Shown here: piece after piece, positions 10,901 to 22,764 of the stretch | Numbering within the stretch: position 1 is the stretch's first letter | Layout: each line of letters starts with the position of its first letter | NCBI RefSeq assembly: GCF_009914755.1 | Contig: NC_060928.1 | Direction: 5' to 3' (one strand) | DNA from: the human T2T-CHM13v2.0 reference genome, Homo sapiens | DNA: 64,000 bases | The notes under the pieces: model-generated | The model's database searches: none | Told to the model about the DNA's origin: nothing | The model's input: the letters and a program-made list of their open reading frames with translations, nothing else | Translations under genes and position numbers: made by a program

Positions 10901-13068
10901 ACTAGACAGAAGGATTCTCAGAAACTTATTTGTGATGTGTGTCCTAAACGAACACAGTTGAACCTTTGTTTTGATACAGCATTTTGGAAACACTCCTTTT
11001 GTAGGATCTGCAGGTGGATATTTGGATAGATTTTAAGATTTCGTTGGAAACGGGAGTTTCTTCATAGAAACTCAAGACAGATGCATTCTCAGAAACATCT
11101 CTGTGATGTTTGCATTCCACTCATAGAGTTGAAAACTTCCTTTCATAGAGCAGGTTTGAAACACTCTTTTTGTAATATTTGGAAGTGGACATTTGCAGCG
11201 CTTTGAGGCCTATGGTGAAAAAGGAAATATCTTCTCATAAAAACCAGAAACAAGCATTCTCAGAAACTTCTTTTTGATGTGTGTAGTCAAGTAACAGAGT
11301 TGAACCTTCCTTTTGACACAGCAGTTTTGAAACAATCTTTTTGTAGAATCTGCAAGTGGATATTTGGATAGCTTTGAGGATTTCGTTGGAAACGGGATAT
11401 CTTCATATAAAATCTAGACAGAAGCATTCTCAGAAACTTCTTTGTGCTGTATGTCCTCAATTAACAGAGTTGAACCATTGCTTGGATACAGCATTTTGGA
11501 AACATTCCTTGAGTAGAATCTGCAAGTTGATATTTAGATAGATTTGAAGATTTCGTTGGAAAAGGGAATATCTCCATATAAAATCTAGAGGGAAGCATTC
11601 TCAGAAACTGCTTTGTGATGTTTCCATTCAAGTCACAGAGTTGAATATTCCCTTTTATAGAGCACGTTTGAAACACTCTTTCTGCACTATCTGGAAGTGG
11701 ACATTTCGAGCGCTTTGAGGCCTATGGTGAAAAAGGAAATATCTTCCCATAAAAACTAGACAGAAGCATTCTCAGAAACTTGTTTGTGATGTGTGTATTC
11801 AACTAACAGAGTTGAACTTTTGTTTTTACAGAGCCGTTTTAAAACACTCTTTTTGTGGAATCAGAAAGTGGATATTCGGATGGCTCTGAGGATTTCGTTG
11901 GAAGCGGGATTACATATAAAATCTAGAGAGAAGCATTCTCAGGAACTTCTTTGTGATGTTTGCATTGAAGTCACAGAATTGAACATTCACTTTGATAGAG
12001 CAGGTTTGAAACACTCATTCTGTAGTATCTGGAAGTGGACATTTCAAGCGCTTTCAGGCCTATGGTGAGAAAGGAAATATCTTCGAATAAAAACTAGACA
12101 GAAGCATCCTCAGAAACTTATTTGTGATGTGTGTCCTCAACTAACAGAGTTGAACCTTGGTTTTGATACAGCATTTTGGAAACACTCTTTTTGTAGAATC
12201 TGCAGGTGGATATTTGGATAGCTTAGAGGGATTCGTTGGAAAGGGGATATCTTCATATAAAATCTAGACAGAAGCATTCTCAGAAACTTATTTGTGATGT
12301 GTGTCCTCAACTAACAGAGTTGAACCTTGGTTTTGATACAGCATTTTGGAAACACTCCTTTTGTAGAATCTGCAGGTGGATATGTGGATAGCTCTGAAGA
12401 TTTCGTTGGAAACGGGAATTTCTTCATATAAAATCAAACAGAAGCATTCTCAGAAACTTCTCAGTGATGTTTGCATTCAGCTCATGGAGTTGAACACTTC
12501 CTTTCATAGAGTCGGTTTGAAACACTCTTTCTGCACTACCTGGAAGAGGACATTTCGAGCGCTTTGACTCCTATGGTGAAAAAGGAAATATCTTCTCATA
12601 AAAACCAGAAAGAAGCATTCTCAGAAACTTCTTTGTGTTGTGTGTACTCATGTAACAGTGTTGAACCTTCCTTTTGACAGAGCAGTTTTGAAACACTCTT
12701 TTGGTAGAATCTGCAAGTGGATATTTGGATAGCTTTGAGGATTTCGTTGGAAACGGGTTATCTTCATATAAAATCCAGACAGGAGCATTCTCAGAAACTT
12801 CTTTGTGCTGCATGTCCTCAATTCACAGAGCTGAACCTTTGTTTGGATACAGCATTTTGGAAACATTCCTTTAGTAGAATCTGCAAGTTGATATTTAGAT
12901 AGCTTTGAAGATTTCGTTGGAAACGGGAATATCTTCATAGAAAATCTAGACGGAAGCATTCTCAGAAACTGCTTTGTGATGTTTGCATTCAAGTCACAGA
13001 GTTGAATATTCCCTTTTATAGAGTAGGTTTGAAACACTCTTTCGGCACTACCTGGAAGTGGATATTTC
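7967..13068 (+). repeat. Two tandem 15-mer HORs (2551 bp each)
   Basis: Anchors at 7967, 10518 and 13069; monomers p-s are absent. Confidence 0.92.
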
Positions 13069-15292
13069 GAGCTCTTTGAGGCCTATGGTTAAAAGGAAAT
13101 ATCTTCCCATAAAAACTAGACAGAAGCCGTCTCAGAAACTTGTTTGTGATGTGTGTATTCAACTAACAGAGTTGAACATTTCTGTTACAGAGCAATTTTA
13201 AAACACTCTTTTTGTGGAATCTGAAAGTGGATAATTGGATAGCTTTGTGGATTTCGTTGGAAACGGGATGACGTATAAAATCTAGAGAGAAGCATTCTCA
13301 GGAACTTCTTTCTGATGTTTGCATTCAAGTCACAGAATTGAACATTCCTTTTCATAGTGCAGGTTTGAAACACTCTTTCTGTAGTATCTGGAAGTGGACA
13401 TTTCAAGCGCTTTCAGGCCTACGGGGAGAAAGGAAATATCTTCAAATAAAAACTAGACAGAAGGATTCTCAGAAACTTATTTGTGATGTGTGTCCTAAAC
13501 GAACACAGTTGAACCTTTGTTTTGATACAGCATTTTGGAAACACTCCTTTTGTAGGATCTGCAGGTGGATATTTGGATAGATTTTAAGATTTCGTTGGAA
13601 ACGGGAGTTTCTTCATAGAAACTCAAGACAGATGCATTCTCAGAAACATCTCTGTGATGTTTGCATTCCACTCATAGAGTTGAAAACTTCCTTTCATAGA
13701 GCAGGTTTGAAACACTCTTTTTGTAATATTTGGAAGTGGACATTTGCAGCGCTTTGAGGCCTATGGTGAAAAAGGAAATATCTTCTCATAAAAACCAGAA
13801 ACAAGCATTCTCAGAAACTTCTTTTTGATGTGTGTAGTCAAGTAACAGAGTTGAACCTTCCTTTTGACACAGCAGTTTTGAAACAATCTTTTTGTAGAAT
13901 CTGCAAGTGGATATTTGGATAGCTTTGAGGATTTCGTTGGAAACGGGATATCTTCATATAAAATCTAGACAGAAGCATTCTCAGAAACTTCTTTGTGCTG
14001 TATGTCCTCAATTAACAGAGTTGAACCATTGCTTGGATACAGCATTTTGGAAACATTCCTGGAGTAGAATCTGCAAGTTGATATTTACATAGATTTGAAG
14101 ATTTCGTTGGAAAAGGGAATATCTCCATATAAAATCTAGAGGGAAGCATTCTCAGAAACTGCTTTGTGATGTTTCCATTCAAGTCACAGAGTTGAATATT
14201 CCCTTTTATAGAGCACGTTTGAAACACTCTTTCTGCACTATCTGGAAGTGGACATTTCGAGCGCTTTGAGGCCTATGGTGAAAAAGGAAATATCTTCCCA
14301 TAAAAACTAGACAGAAGCATTCTCAGAAACTTGTTTGTGATGTGTGTATTCAACTAACAGAGTTGAACTTTTGTTTTTACAGAGCCGTTTTAAAACACTC
14401 TTTTTGTGGAATCAGAAAGTGGATATTCGGATGGCTCTGAGGATTTCGTTGGAAGCGGGATTACATATAAAATCTAGAGAGAAGCATTCTCAGGAACTTC
14501 TTTGTGATGTTTGCATTGAAGTCACAGAATTGAACATTCACTTTGATAGAGCAGGTTTGAAACACTCATTCTGTAGTATCTGGATGTGGACATTTCAAGC
14601 GCTTTCAGGCCTATGGTGAGAAAGGAAATATCTTCGAATAAAAACTAGACAGAAGCATCCTCAGAAACTTATTTGTGATGTGTGTCCTCAACTAACAGAG
14701 TTGAAACTTTGTTTTGATACAGCATTTTGGAAACACTCTTTTTGTAGAATCTGCAGGTGGATATTTGGATAGCTTAGAGGGATTCGTTGGAAAGGGGATA
14801 TCTTCATATAAAATCTAGACAGAAGCATTCTCAGAAACTTATTTGTGATGTGTGTCCTCAACTAACAGAGTTGAACCTTGGTTTTGATACAGCATTTTGG
14901 AAACACTCCTTTTGTAGAATCTGCAGGTGGATATGTGGATAGCTCTGAAGATTTCATTGGAAACGGGAATTTCTTCATATAAAATCAAACAGAAGCATTC
15001 TCAGAAACTTCTCAGTGATGTTTGCATTCAGCTCATGGAGTTGAACACTTCCTTTCATAGAGCCGGTTTGAAACACTCTTTCTGCACTACCTGGAAGAGG
15101 ACATTTCGAGCGCTTTGAGTCCTATGGTGAAAAGGGAAATATCTTCTCATAAAAACCAGAAAGAAGCATTCTCAGAAACTTCTTTGTGTTGTGTGTACTC
15201 ATGTAACAGTGTTGAACCATCCTTTTGACAGAGCAGTTTTGAAACACTCTTTTTGTAGAATCTGCAAGTGGATATTTGGATAGCTTTGAGGA

Positions 15293-15309
15293 TTTCGTTG
15301 GAAACGGGA
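15293..15309 (+). other. CENP-B box, intact core (monomer p, p-s module)
   Basis: TTTCGTTGGAAACGGGA. Confidence 0.9.
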
Positions 15310-15630
15310 TGACATATAATATCTAGAGAGAAGCATTCTCAGGAACTTCTTTGTGATGTTTGCATTCAAGTCACAGAATTGAACATTCCCTTTCATAGAG
15401 CAGGTTTGAAACACTCTTTCTCTAGTATCTGGAAGTGGGCATTTCAAGCGCTTTCAGGCCTATGGAGAGAAAGGAAATACCTTCAAATAAAAACTAGACA
15501 GAAGCATTCTCAGAAACTTATTTGTGATGTGTGTCCTCAACTAACAGAGTTGAACCTTTGTTTTGATACAGCATTTTGGAAACACTCCTTTTGTAGAATC
15601 TGCAGGTGGATATTTGGATAGCTTTGAAGA

Positions 15631-15647
15631 TTTCGTTGGAAACCGGA
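15631..15647 (+). other. Degenerate CENP-B box (monomer r, p-s module; CGGG>CCGG)
   Basis: TTTCGTTGGAAACCGGA. Confidence 0.87.
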
Positions 15648-18600
15648 ATATCTTCATATAAAATCAAGACAGAAGCATTCTCGGAAACATCTCTGTGATG
15701 TTTGCATTCAACTCAGTAGAGTTGAACACTTCCTTTCATAGAGCCGGTTTGAAACACTCTTTCTGCACTACCTGGAAGCGGACATTTCGAGCGCTTTGAG
15801 GCCTATGTTGAAAAAGGAAATAGCTTCTCATAAAAACCAGAAAGAAGCATTCTCAGAAACTTCTTTGTGTTGTGTGTACTCAAGTAACAGTGTTGAACCT
15901 TCCTTTTGACACAGCAGTTTTGAAACACTCTTTTGGTAGAATCTGCAAGTGGATATTTGGATAGCTTTGAGGATTTCGTTGGAAACGGGTTATCTTCATA
16001 TAAAATCCAGACAGGAGCATTCTCAGAAACTTCTTTGTGCTGCATGTCCTCAATTCACCGAGCTGAACCTTTGTTTGGATACAGCATTTTGGAAACATTC
16101 CTTTAGTAGAATCTGCAAGTTGATATTTAGATAGCTTTGAAGATTTCGTTGGAAACGGGAATATCTTCATAGAAAATCTAGACGGAAGCATTCTCAGAAA
16201 CTGCTTTGTGATGTTTGCATTCAAGTCACAGAGTTGAATATTCCCTTTTATAGAGTAGGTTTGAAACACTCTTTTGGCACTACCTGGAAGTGGATATTTC
16301 GAGCTCTTTGAGGCCTATGGTTAAAAGGAAATATCTTCCCATAAAAACTAGACAGAAGCCGTCTCAGAAACTTGTTTGTGATGTGTGTATTCAACTAACA
16401 GAGTTGAACATTTCTGTTACAGAGCAATTTTAAAACACTCTTTTTGTGGAATCTGAAAGTGGATAATTGGATAGCTTTGTGGATTTCGTTGGAAACGGGA
16501 TGACGTATAAAATCTAGAGAGAAGCATTCTCAGGAACTTCTTTCTGATGTTTGCATTCAAGTCACAGAATTGAACATTCCTTTTCATAGTGCAGGTTTGA
16601 AACACTCTTTCTGTAGTATCTGGAAGTGGACATTTCAAGCGCTTTCAGGCCTACGGGGAGAAAGGAAATATCTTCAAATAAAAACTAGACAGAAGGATTC
16701 TCAGAAACTTATTTGTGATGTGTGTCCTAAACGAACACAGTTGAACCTTTGTTTTGATACAGCATTTTGGAAACACTCCTTTTGTAGGATCTGCAGGTGG
16801 ATATTTGGATAGATTTTAAGATTTCGTTGGAAACGGGAGTTTCTTCATAGAAACTCAAGACAGATGCATTCTCAGAAACATCTCTGTGATGTTTGCATTC
16901 CACTCATAGAGTTGAAAACTTCCTTTCATAGAGCAGGTTTGAAACACTCTTTTTGTAATATTTGGAAGTGGACATTTGCAGCGCTTTGAGGCCTATGGTG
17001 AAAAAGGAAATATCTTCTCATAAAAACCAGAAACAAGCATTCTCAGAAACTGCTTTTTGATGTGTGTACTCAAGTAACAGAGTTGAACCTTCCTTTTGAC
17101 ACAGCAGTTTTGAAACAATCTTTTTGTAGAATCTGCAAGTGGATATTTGGATAGCTTTGAGGATTTCGTTGGAAACGGGATATCTTCATATAAAATCTAG
17201 ACAGAAGCATTCTCAGAAACTTCTTTGTGCTGTATGTCCTCAATTAACAGAGTTGAACCATTGCTTGGATACAGCATTTTGGAAACATTCCTGGAGTAGA
17301 ATCTGCAAGTTGATATTTAGATAGATTTGAAGATTTCGTTGGAAAAGGGAATATCTCCATATAAAATCTAGAGGGAAGCATTCTCAGAAACTGCTTTGTG
17401 ATGTTTCCATTCAAGTCACAGAGTTGAATATTCCCTTTTATAGAGCACGTTTGAAACACTCTTTCTGCACTATCTGGAAGTGGACATTTCGAGCGCTTTG
17501 AGGCCTATGGTGAAAAAGGAAATATCTTCCCATAAAAACTAGACAGAAGCATTCTCAGAAACTTGTTTGTGATGTGTGTATTCAACTAACAGAGTTGAAC
17601 TTTTGTTTTTACAGAGCCGTTTTAAAACACTCTTTTTGTGGAATCAGAAAGTGGATATTCGGATGGCTCTGAGGATTTCGTTGGAAGCGGGATTACATAT
17701 AAAATCTAGAGAGAAGCATTCTCAGGAACTTCTTTGTGATGTTTGCATTGAAGTCACAGAATTGAACATTCACTTTGATAGAGCAGGTTTGAAACACTCA
17801 TTCTGTAGTATCTGGAAGTGGACATTTCAAGCGCTTTCAGGCCTATGGTGAGAAAGGAAATATCTTCGAATAAAAACTAGACAGAAGCATCCTCAGAAAC
17901 TTATTTGTGATGTGTGTCCTCAACTAACAGAGTTGAAACTTTGTTTTGATACAGCATTTTGGAAACACTCTTTTTGTAGAATCTGCAGGTGGATATTTGG
18001 ATAGCTTAGAGGGATTCGTTGGAAAGGGGATATCTTCATATAAAATCTAGACAGAAGCATTCTCAGAAACTTATTTGTGATGTGTGTCCTCAACTAACAG
18101 AGTTGAACCTTGGTTTTGATACAGCATTTTGGAAACACTCCTTTTGTAGAATCTGCAGGTGGATATGTGGATAGCTCTGAAGATTTCGTTGGAAACGGGA
18201 ATTTCTTCATATAAAATCAAACAGAAGCATTCTCAGAAACTTCTCAGTGATGTTTGCATTCAGCTCATGGAGTTGAACACTTCCTTTCATAGAGCCGGTT
18301 TGAAACACTCTTTCTGCACTACCTGGAAGAGGACATTTCGAGCGCTTTGAGTCCTATGGTGAAAAAGGAAATATCTTCTCATAAAAACCAGAAAGAAGCA
18401 TTCTCAGAAACTTCTTTGTGTTGTGTGTACTCATGTAACAGTGTTGAACCATCCTTTTGACAGAGCAGTTTTGAAACACTCTTTTTGTAGAATCTGCAAG
18501 TGGATATTTGGATAGCTTTGAGGATTTCGTTGGAAACGGGATGACATATAATATCTAGAGAGAAGCATTCTCAGGAACTTCTTTGTGATGTTTGCATTCA

Positions 18601-21600
18601 AGTCACAGAATTGAACATTCCCTTTCATAGAGCAGGTTTGAAACACTCTTTCTCTAGTATCTGGAAGTGGGCATTTCAAGCGCTTTCAGGCCTATGGAGA
18701 GAAAGGAAATACCTTCAAATAAAAACTAGACAGAAGCATTCTCAGAAACTTATTTGTGATGTGTGTCCTCAACTAACAGAGTTGAACCTTTGTTTTGATA
18801 CAGCATTTTGGAAACACTCCTTTTGTAGAATCTGCAGGTGGATATTTGGATACCTTTGAAGATTTCGTTGGAAACCGGAATATCTTCATATAAAATCAAG
18901 ACAGAAGCATTCTCGGAAACATCTCTGTGATGTTTGCATTCAACTCAGTAGAGTTGAACACTTCCTTTCATAGAGCCGGTTTGAAACACTCTTTCTGCAC
19001 TACCTGGAAGCGGACATTTCGAGCGCTTTGAGGCCTATGGTGAAAAAGGAAATATCTTCTCATAAAAACCAGAAAGAAGCATTCTCAGAAACTTCTTTGT
19101 GTTGTGTGTACTCAAGTAACAGTGTTGAACCTTCCTTTTGACACAGCAGTTTTGAAACACTCTTTTGGTAGAATCTGCAAGTGGATATTTGGATAGCTTT
19201 GAGGATTTCGTTGGAAACGGGTTATCTTCATATAAAATCCAGACAGGAGCATTCTCAGAAACTCCTTTGTGCTGCATATCCTCAATTCACAGAGCTGAAC
19301 CTTTGTTTGGATACAGCATTTTGGAAACATTCCTTTAGTAGAATCTGCAAGTTGATATTTAGATAGCTTTGAAGATTTCGTTGGAAACGGGAATATCTTC
19401 ATAGAAAATCTAGACGGAAGCATTCTCAGAAACTGCTTTGTGATGTTTGCATTCAAGTCACAGAGTTGAATATTCCCTTTTATAGAGTAGGTTTGAAACA
19501 CTCTTTTGGCACTACCTGGAAGTGGATATTTCGAGCTCTTTGAGGCCTATGGTTAAAAGGAAATATCTTCCCATAAAAACTAGACAGAAGCCATCTCAGA
19601 AACTTGTTTGTGATGTGTGTATTCAACTAACAGAGTTGAACATTTCTGTTACAGAGCAATTTTAAAACACTCTTTTTGTGGAATCTGAAAGTGGATAATT
19701 GGATAGCTTTGTGGATATCGTTGGAAACGGGATGACGTATAAAATCTAGAGAGAAGCATTCTCAGGAACTTCTTTCTGATGTTTGCATTCAAGTCACAGA
19801 ATTGAACATTCCTTTTCATAGTGCAGGTTTGAAACACTCTTTCTGTAGTATCTGGAAGTGGACATTTCAAGCGCTTTCAGGCCTACGGGGAGAAAGGAAA
19901 TATCTTCAAATAAAAACTAGACAGAAGGATTCTCAGAAACTTATTTGTGATGTGTGTCCTAAACGAACACAGTTGAACCTTTGTTTTGATACAGCATTTT
20001 GGAAACACTCCTTTTGTAGGATCTGCAGGTGGATATTTGGATAGATTTTAAGATTTCGTTGGAAACGGGAGTTTCTTCATAGAAACTCAAGACAGATGCA
20101 TTCTCAGAAACATCTCTGTGATGTTTGCATTCCACTCATAGAGTTGAAAACTTCCTTTCATAGAGCAGGTTTGAAACACTCTTTTTGTAATATTTGGAAG
20201 TGGACATTTGCAGCGCTTTGAGGCCTATGGTGAAAAAGGAAATATCTTCTCATAAAAACCAGAAACAAGCATTCTCAGAAACTGCTTTTTGATGTGTGTA
20301 CTCAAGTAACAGAGTTGAACCTTCCTTTTGACACAGCAGTTTTGAAACAATCTTTTTGTAGAATCTGCAAGTGGATATTTGGATAGCTTTGAGGATTTCG
20401 TTGGAAACGGGATATCTTCATATAAAATCTAGACAGAAGCATTCTCAGAAACTTCTTTGTGCTGTATGTCCTCAATTAACAGAGTTGAACCATTGCTTGG
20501 ATACAGCATTTTGGAAACATTCCTGGAGTAGAATCTGCAAGTTGATATTTAGATAGATTTGAAGATTTCGTTGGAAAAGGGAATATCTCCATATAAAATC
20601 TAGAGGGAAGCATTCTCAGAAACTGCTTTGTGATGTTTCCATTCAAGTCACAGAGTTGAATATTCCCTTTTATAGAGCACGTTTGAAACACTCTTTCTGC
20701 ACTATCTGGAAGTGGACATTTCGAGCACTTTGAGGCCTATGGTGAAAAAGGAAATATCTTCCCATAAAAACTAGACAGAAGCATTCTCAGAAACTTGTTT
20801 GTGATGTGTGTATTCAACTAACAGAGTTGAACTTTTGTTTTTACAGAGCCGTTTTAAAACACTCTTTTTGTGGAATCAGAAAGTGGATATTCGGATGGCT
20901 CTGAGGATTTCGTTGGAAGCGGGATTACATATAAAATCTAGAGAGAAGCATTCTCAGGAACTTCTTTGTGATGTTTGCATTGAAGTCACAGAATTGAACA
21001 TTCACTTTGATAGAGCAGGTTTGAAACACTCATTCTGTAGTATCTGGAAGTGGACATTTCAAGCGCTTTCAGGCCTATGGTGAGAAAGGAAATATCTTCG
21101 AATAAAAACTAGACAGAAGCATCCTCAGAAACTTATTTGTGATGTGTGTCCTCAACTAACAGAGTTGAAACTTTGTTTTGATACAGCATTTTGGAAACAC
21201 TTTTTTTGTAGAATCTGCAGGTGGATATTTGGATAGCTTAGAGGGATTCGTTGGAAAGGGGATATCTTCATATAAAATCTAGACAGAAGCATTCTCAGAA
21301 ACTTATTTGTGATGTGTGTCCTCAACTAACAGAGTTGAACCTTGGTTTTGATACAGCATTTTGGAAACACTCCTTTTGTAGAATCTGCAGGTGGATATGT
21401 GGATAGCTCTGAAGATTTCGTTGGAAACGGGAATTTCTTCATATAAAATCAAACAGAAGCATTCTCAGAAACTTCTCAGTGATGTTTGCATTCAGCTCAT
21501 GGAGTTGAACACTTCCTTTCATAGAGCCGGTTTGAAACACTCTTTCTGCACTACCTGGAAGAGGACATTTCGAGCGCTTTGAGTCCTATGGTGAAAAAGG

Positions 21601-22764
21601 AAATATCTTCTCATAAAAACCAGAAAGAAGCATTCTCAGAAACTTCTTTGTGTTGTGTGTACTCATGTAACAGTGTTGAACCATCCTTTTGACAGAGCAG
21701 TTTTGAAACACTCTTTTTGTAGAATCTGCAAGTGGATATTTGGATAGCTTTGAGGATTTCGTTGGAAACGGGATGACATATAATATCTAGAGAGAAGCAT
21801 TCTCAGGAACTTCTTTGTGATGTTTGCATTCAAGTCACAGAATTGAACATTCCCTTTCATAGAGCAGGTTTGAAACACTCTTTCTCTAGTATCTGGAAGT
21901 GGGCATTTCAAGCGCTTTCAGGCCTATGGAGAGAAAGGAAATACCTTCAAATAAAAACTAGACAGAAGCATTCTCAGAAACTTATTTGTGATGTGTGTCC
22001 TCAACTAACAGAGTTGAACCTTTGTTTTGATACAGCATTTTGGAAACACTCCTTTTGTAGAATCTGCAGGTGGATATTTGGATACCTTTGAAGATTTCGT
22101 TGGAAACCGGAATATCTTCATATAAAATCAAGACAGAAGCATTCTCGGAAACATCTCTGTGATGTTTGCATTCAACTCAGTAGAGTTGAACACTTCCTTT
22201 CATAGAGCCGGTTTGAAACACTCTTTCTGCACTACCTGGAAGCGGACATTTCGAGCGCTTTGAGGCCTATGGTGAAAAACGAAATAGCTTCTCATAAAAA
22301 CCAGAAAGAAGCATTCTCAGAAACTTCTTTGTGTTGTGTGTACTCAAGTAACAGTGTTGAACCTTCCTTTTGACACAGCAGTTTTGAAACACTCTTTTGG
22401 TAGAATCTGCAAGTGGATATTTGGATAGCTTTGAGGATTTCGTTGGAAACGGGTTATCTTCATATAAAATCCAGACAGGAGCATTCTCAGAAACTTCTTT
22501 GTGCTGCATGTCCTCAATTCACAGAGCTGAACCTTTGTTTGGATACAGCATTTTGGAAACATTCCTTTAGTAGAATCTGCAAGTTGATATTTAGATAGCT
22601 TTGAAGATTTCGTTGGAAACGGGAATATCTTCATAGAAAATCTAGACGGAAGCATTCTCAGAAACTGCTTTGTGATGTTTGCATTCAAGTCACAGAGTTG
22701 AATATTCCCTTTTATAGAGTAGGTTTGAAACACTCTTTTGGCACTACCTGGAAGTGGATATTTC

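Larger units (their letters stand above)
15167..15847 (+). repeat. 4-monomer module p-q-r-s (681 bp) that distinguishes the 19-mer from the 15-mer
   Basis: Diagnostic motifs GGGATGACATATAATATC, CCTATGGAGAGAAAGGAAATACC, GGAAACCGGAAT and CATTCTCGGAAACATC occur only in the 3232-bp units and the 12-mer. Confidence 0.9.
13069..22764 (+). repeat. Three tandem full-length 19-mer HORs (3232 bp each)
   Basis: Anchors at 13069, 16301, 19533 and 22765. Each contains the extra 681-bp p-q-r-s module (first copy 15167-15847). Confidence 0.93.
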
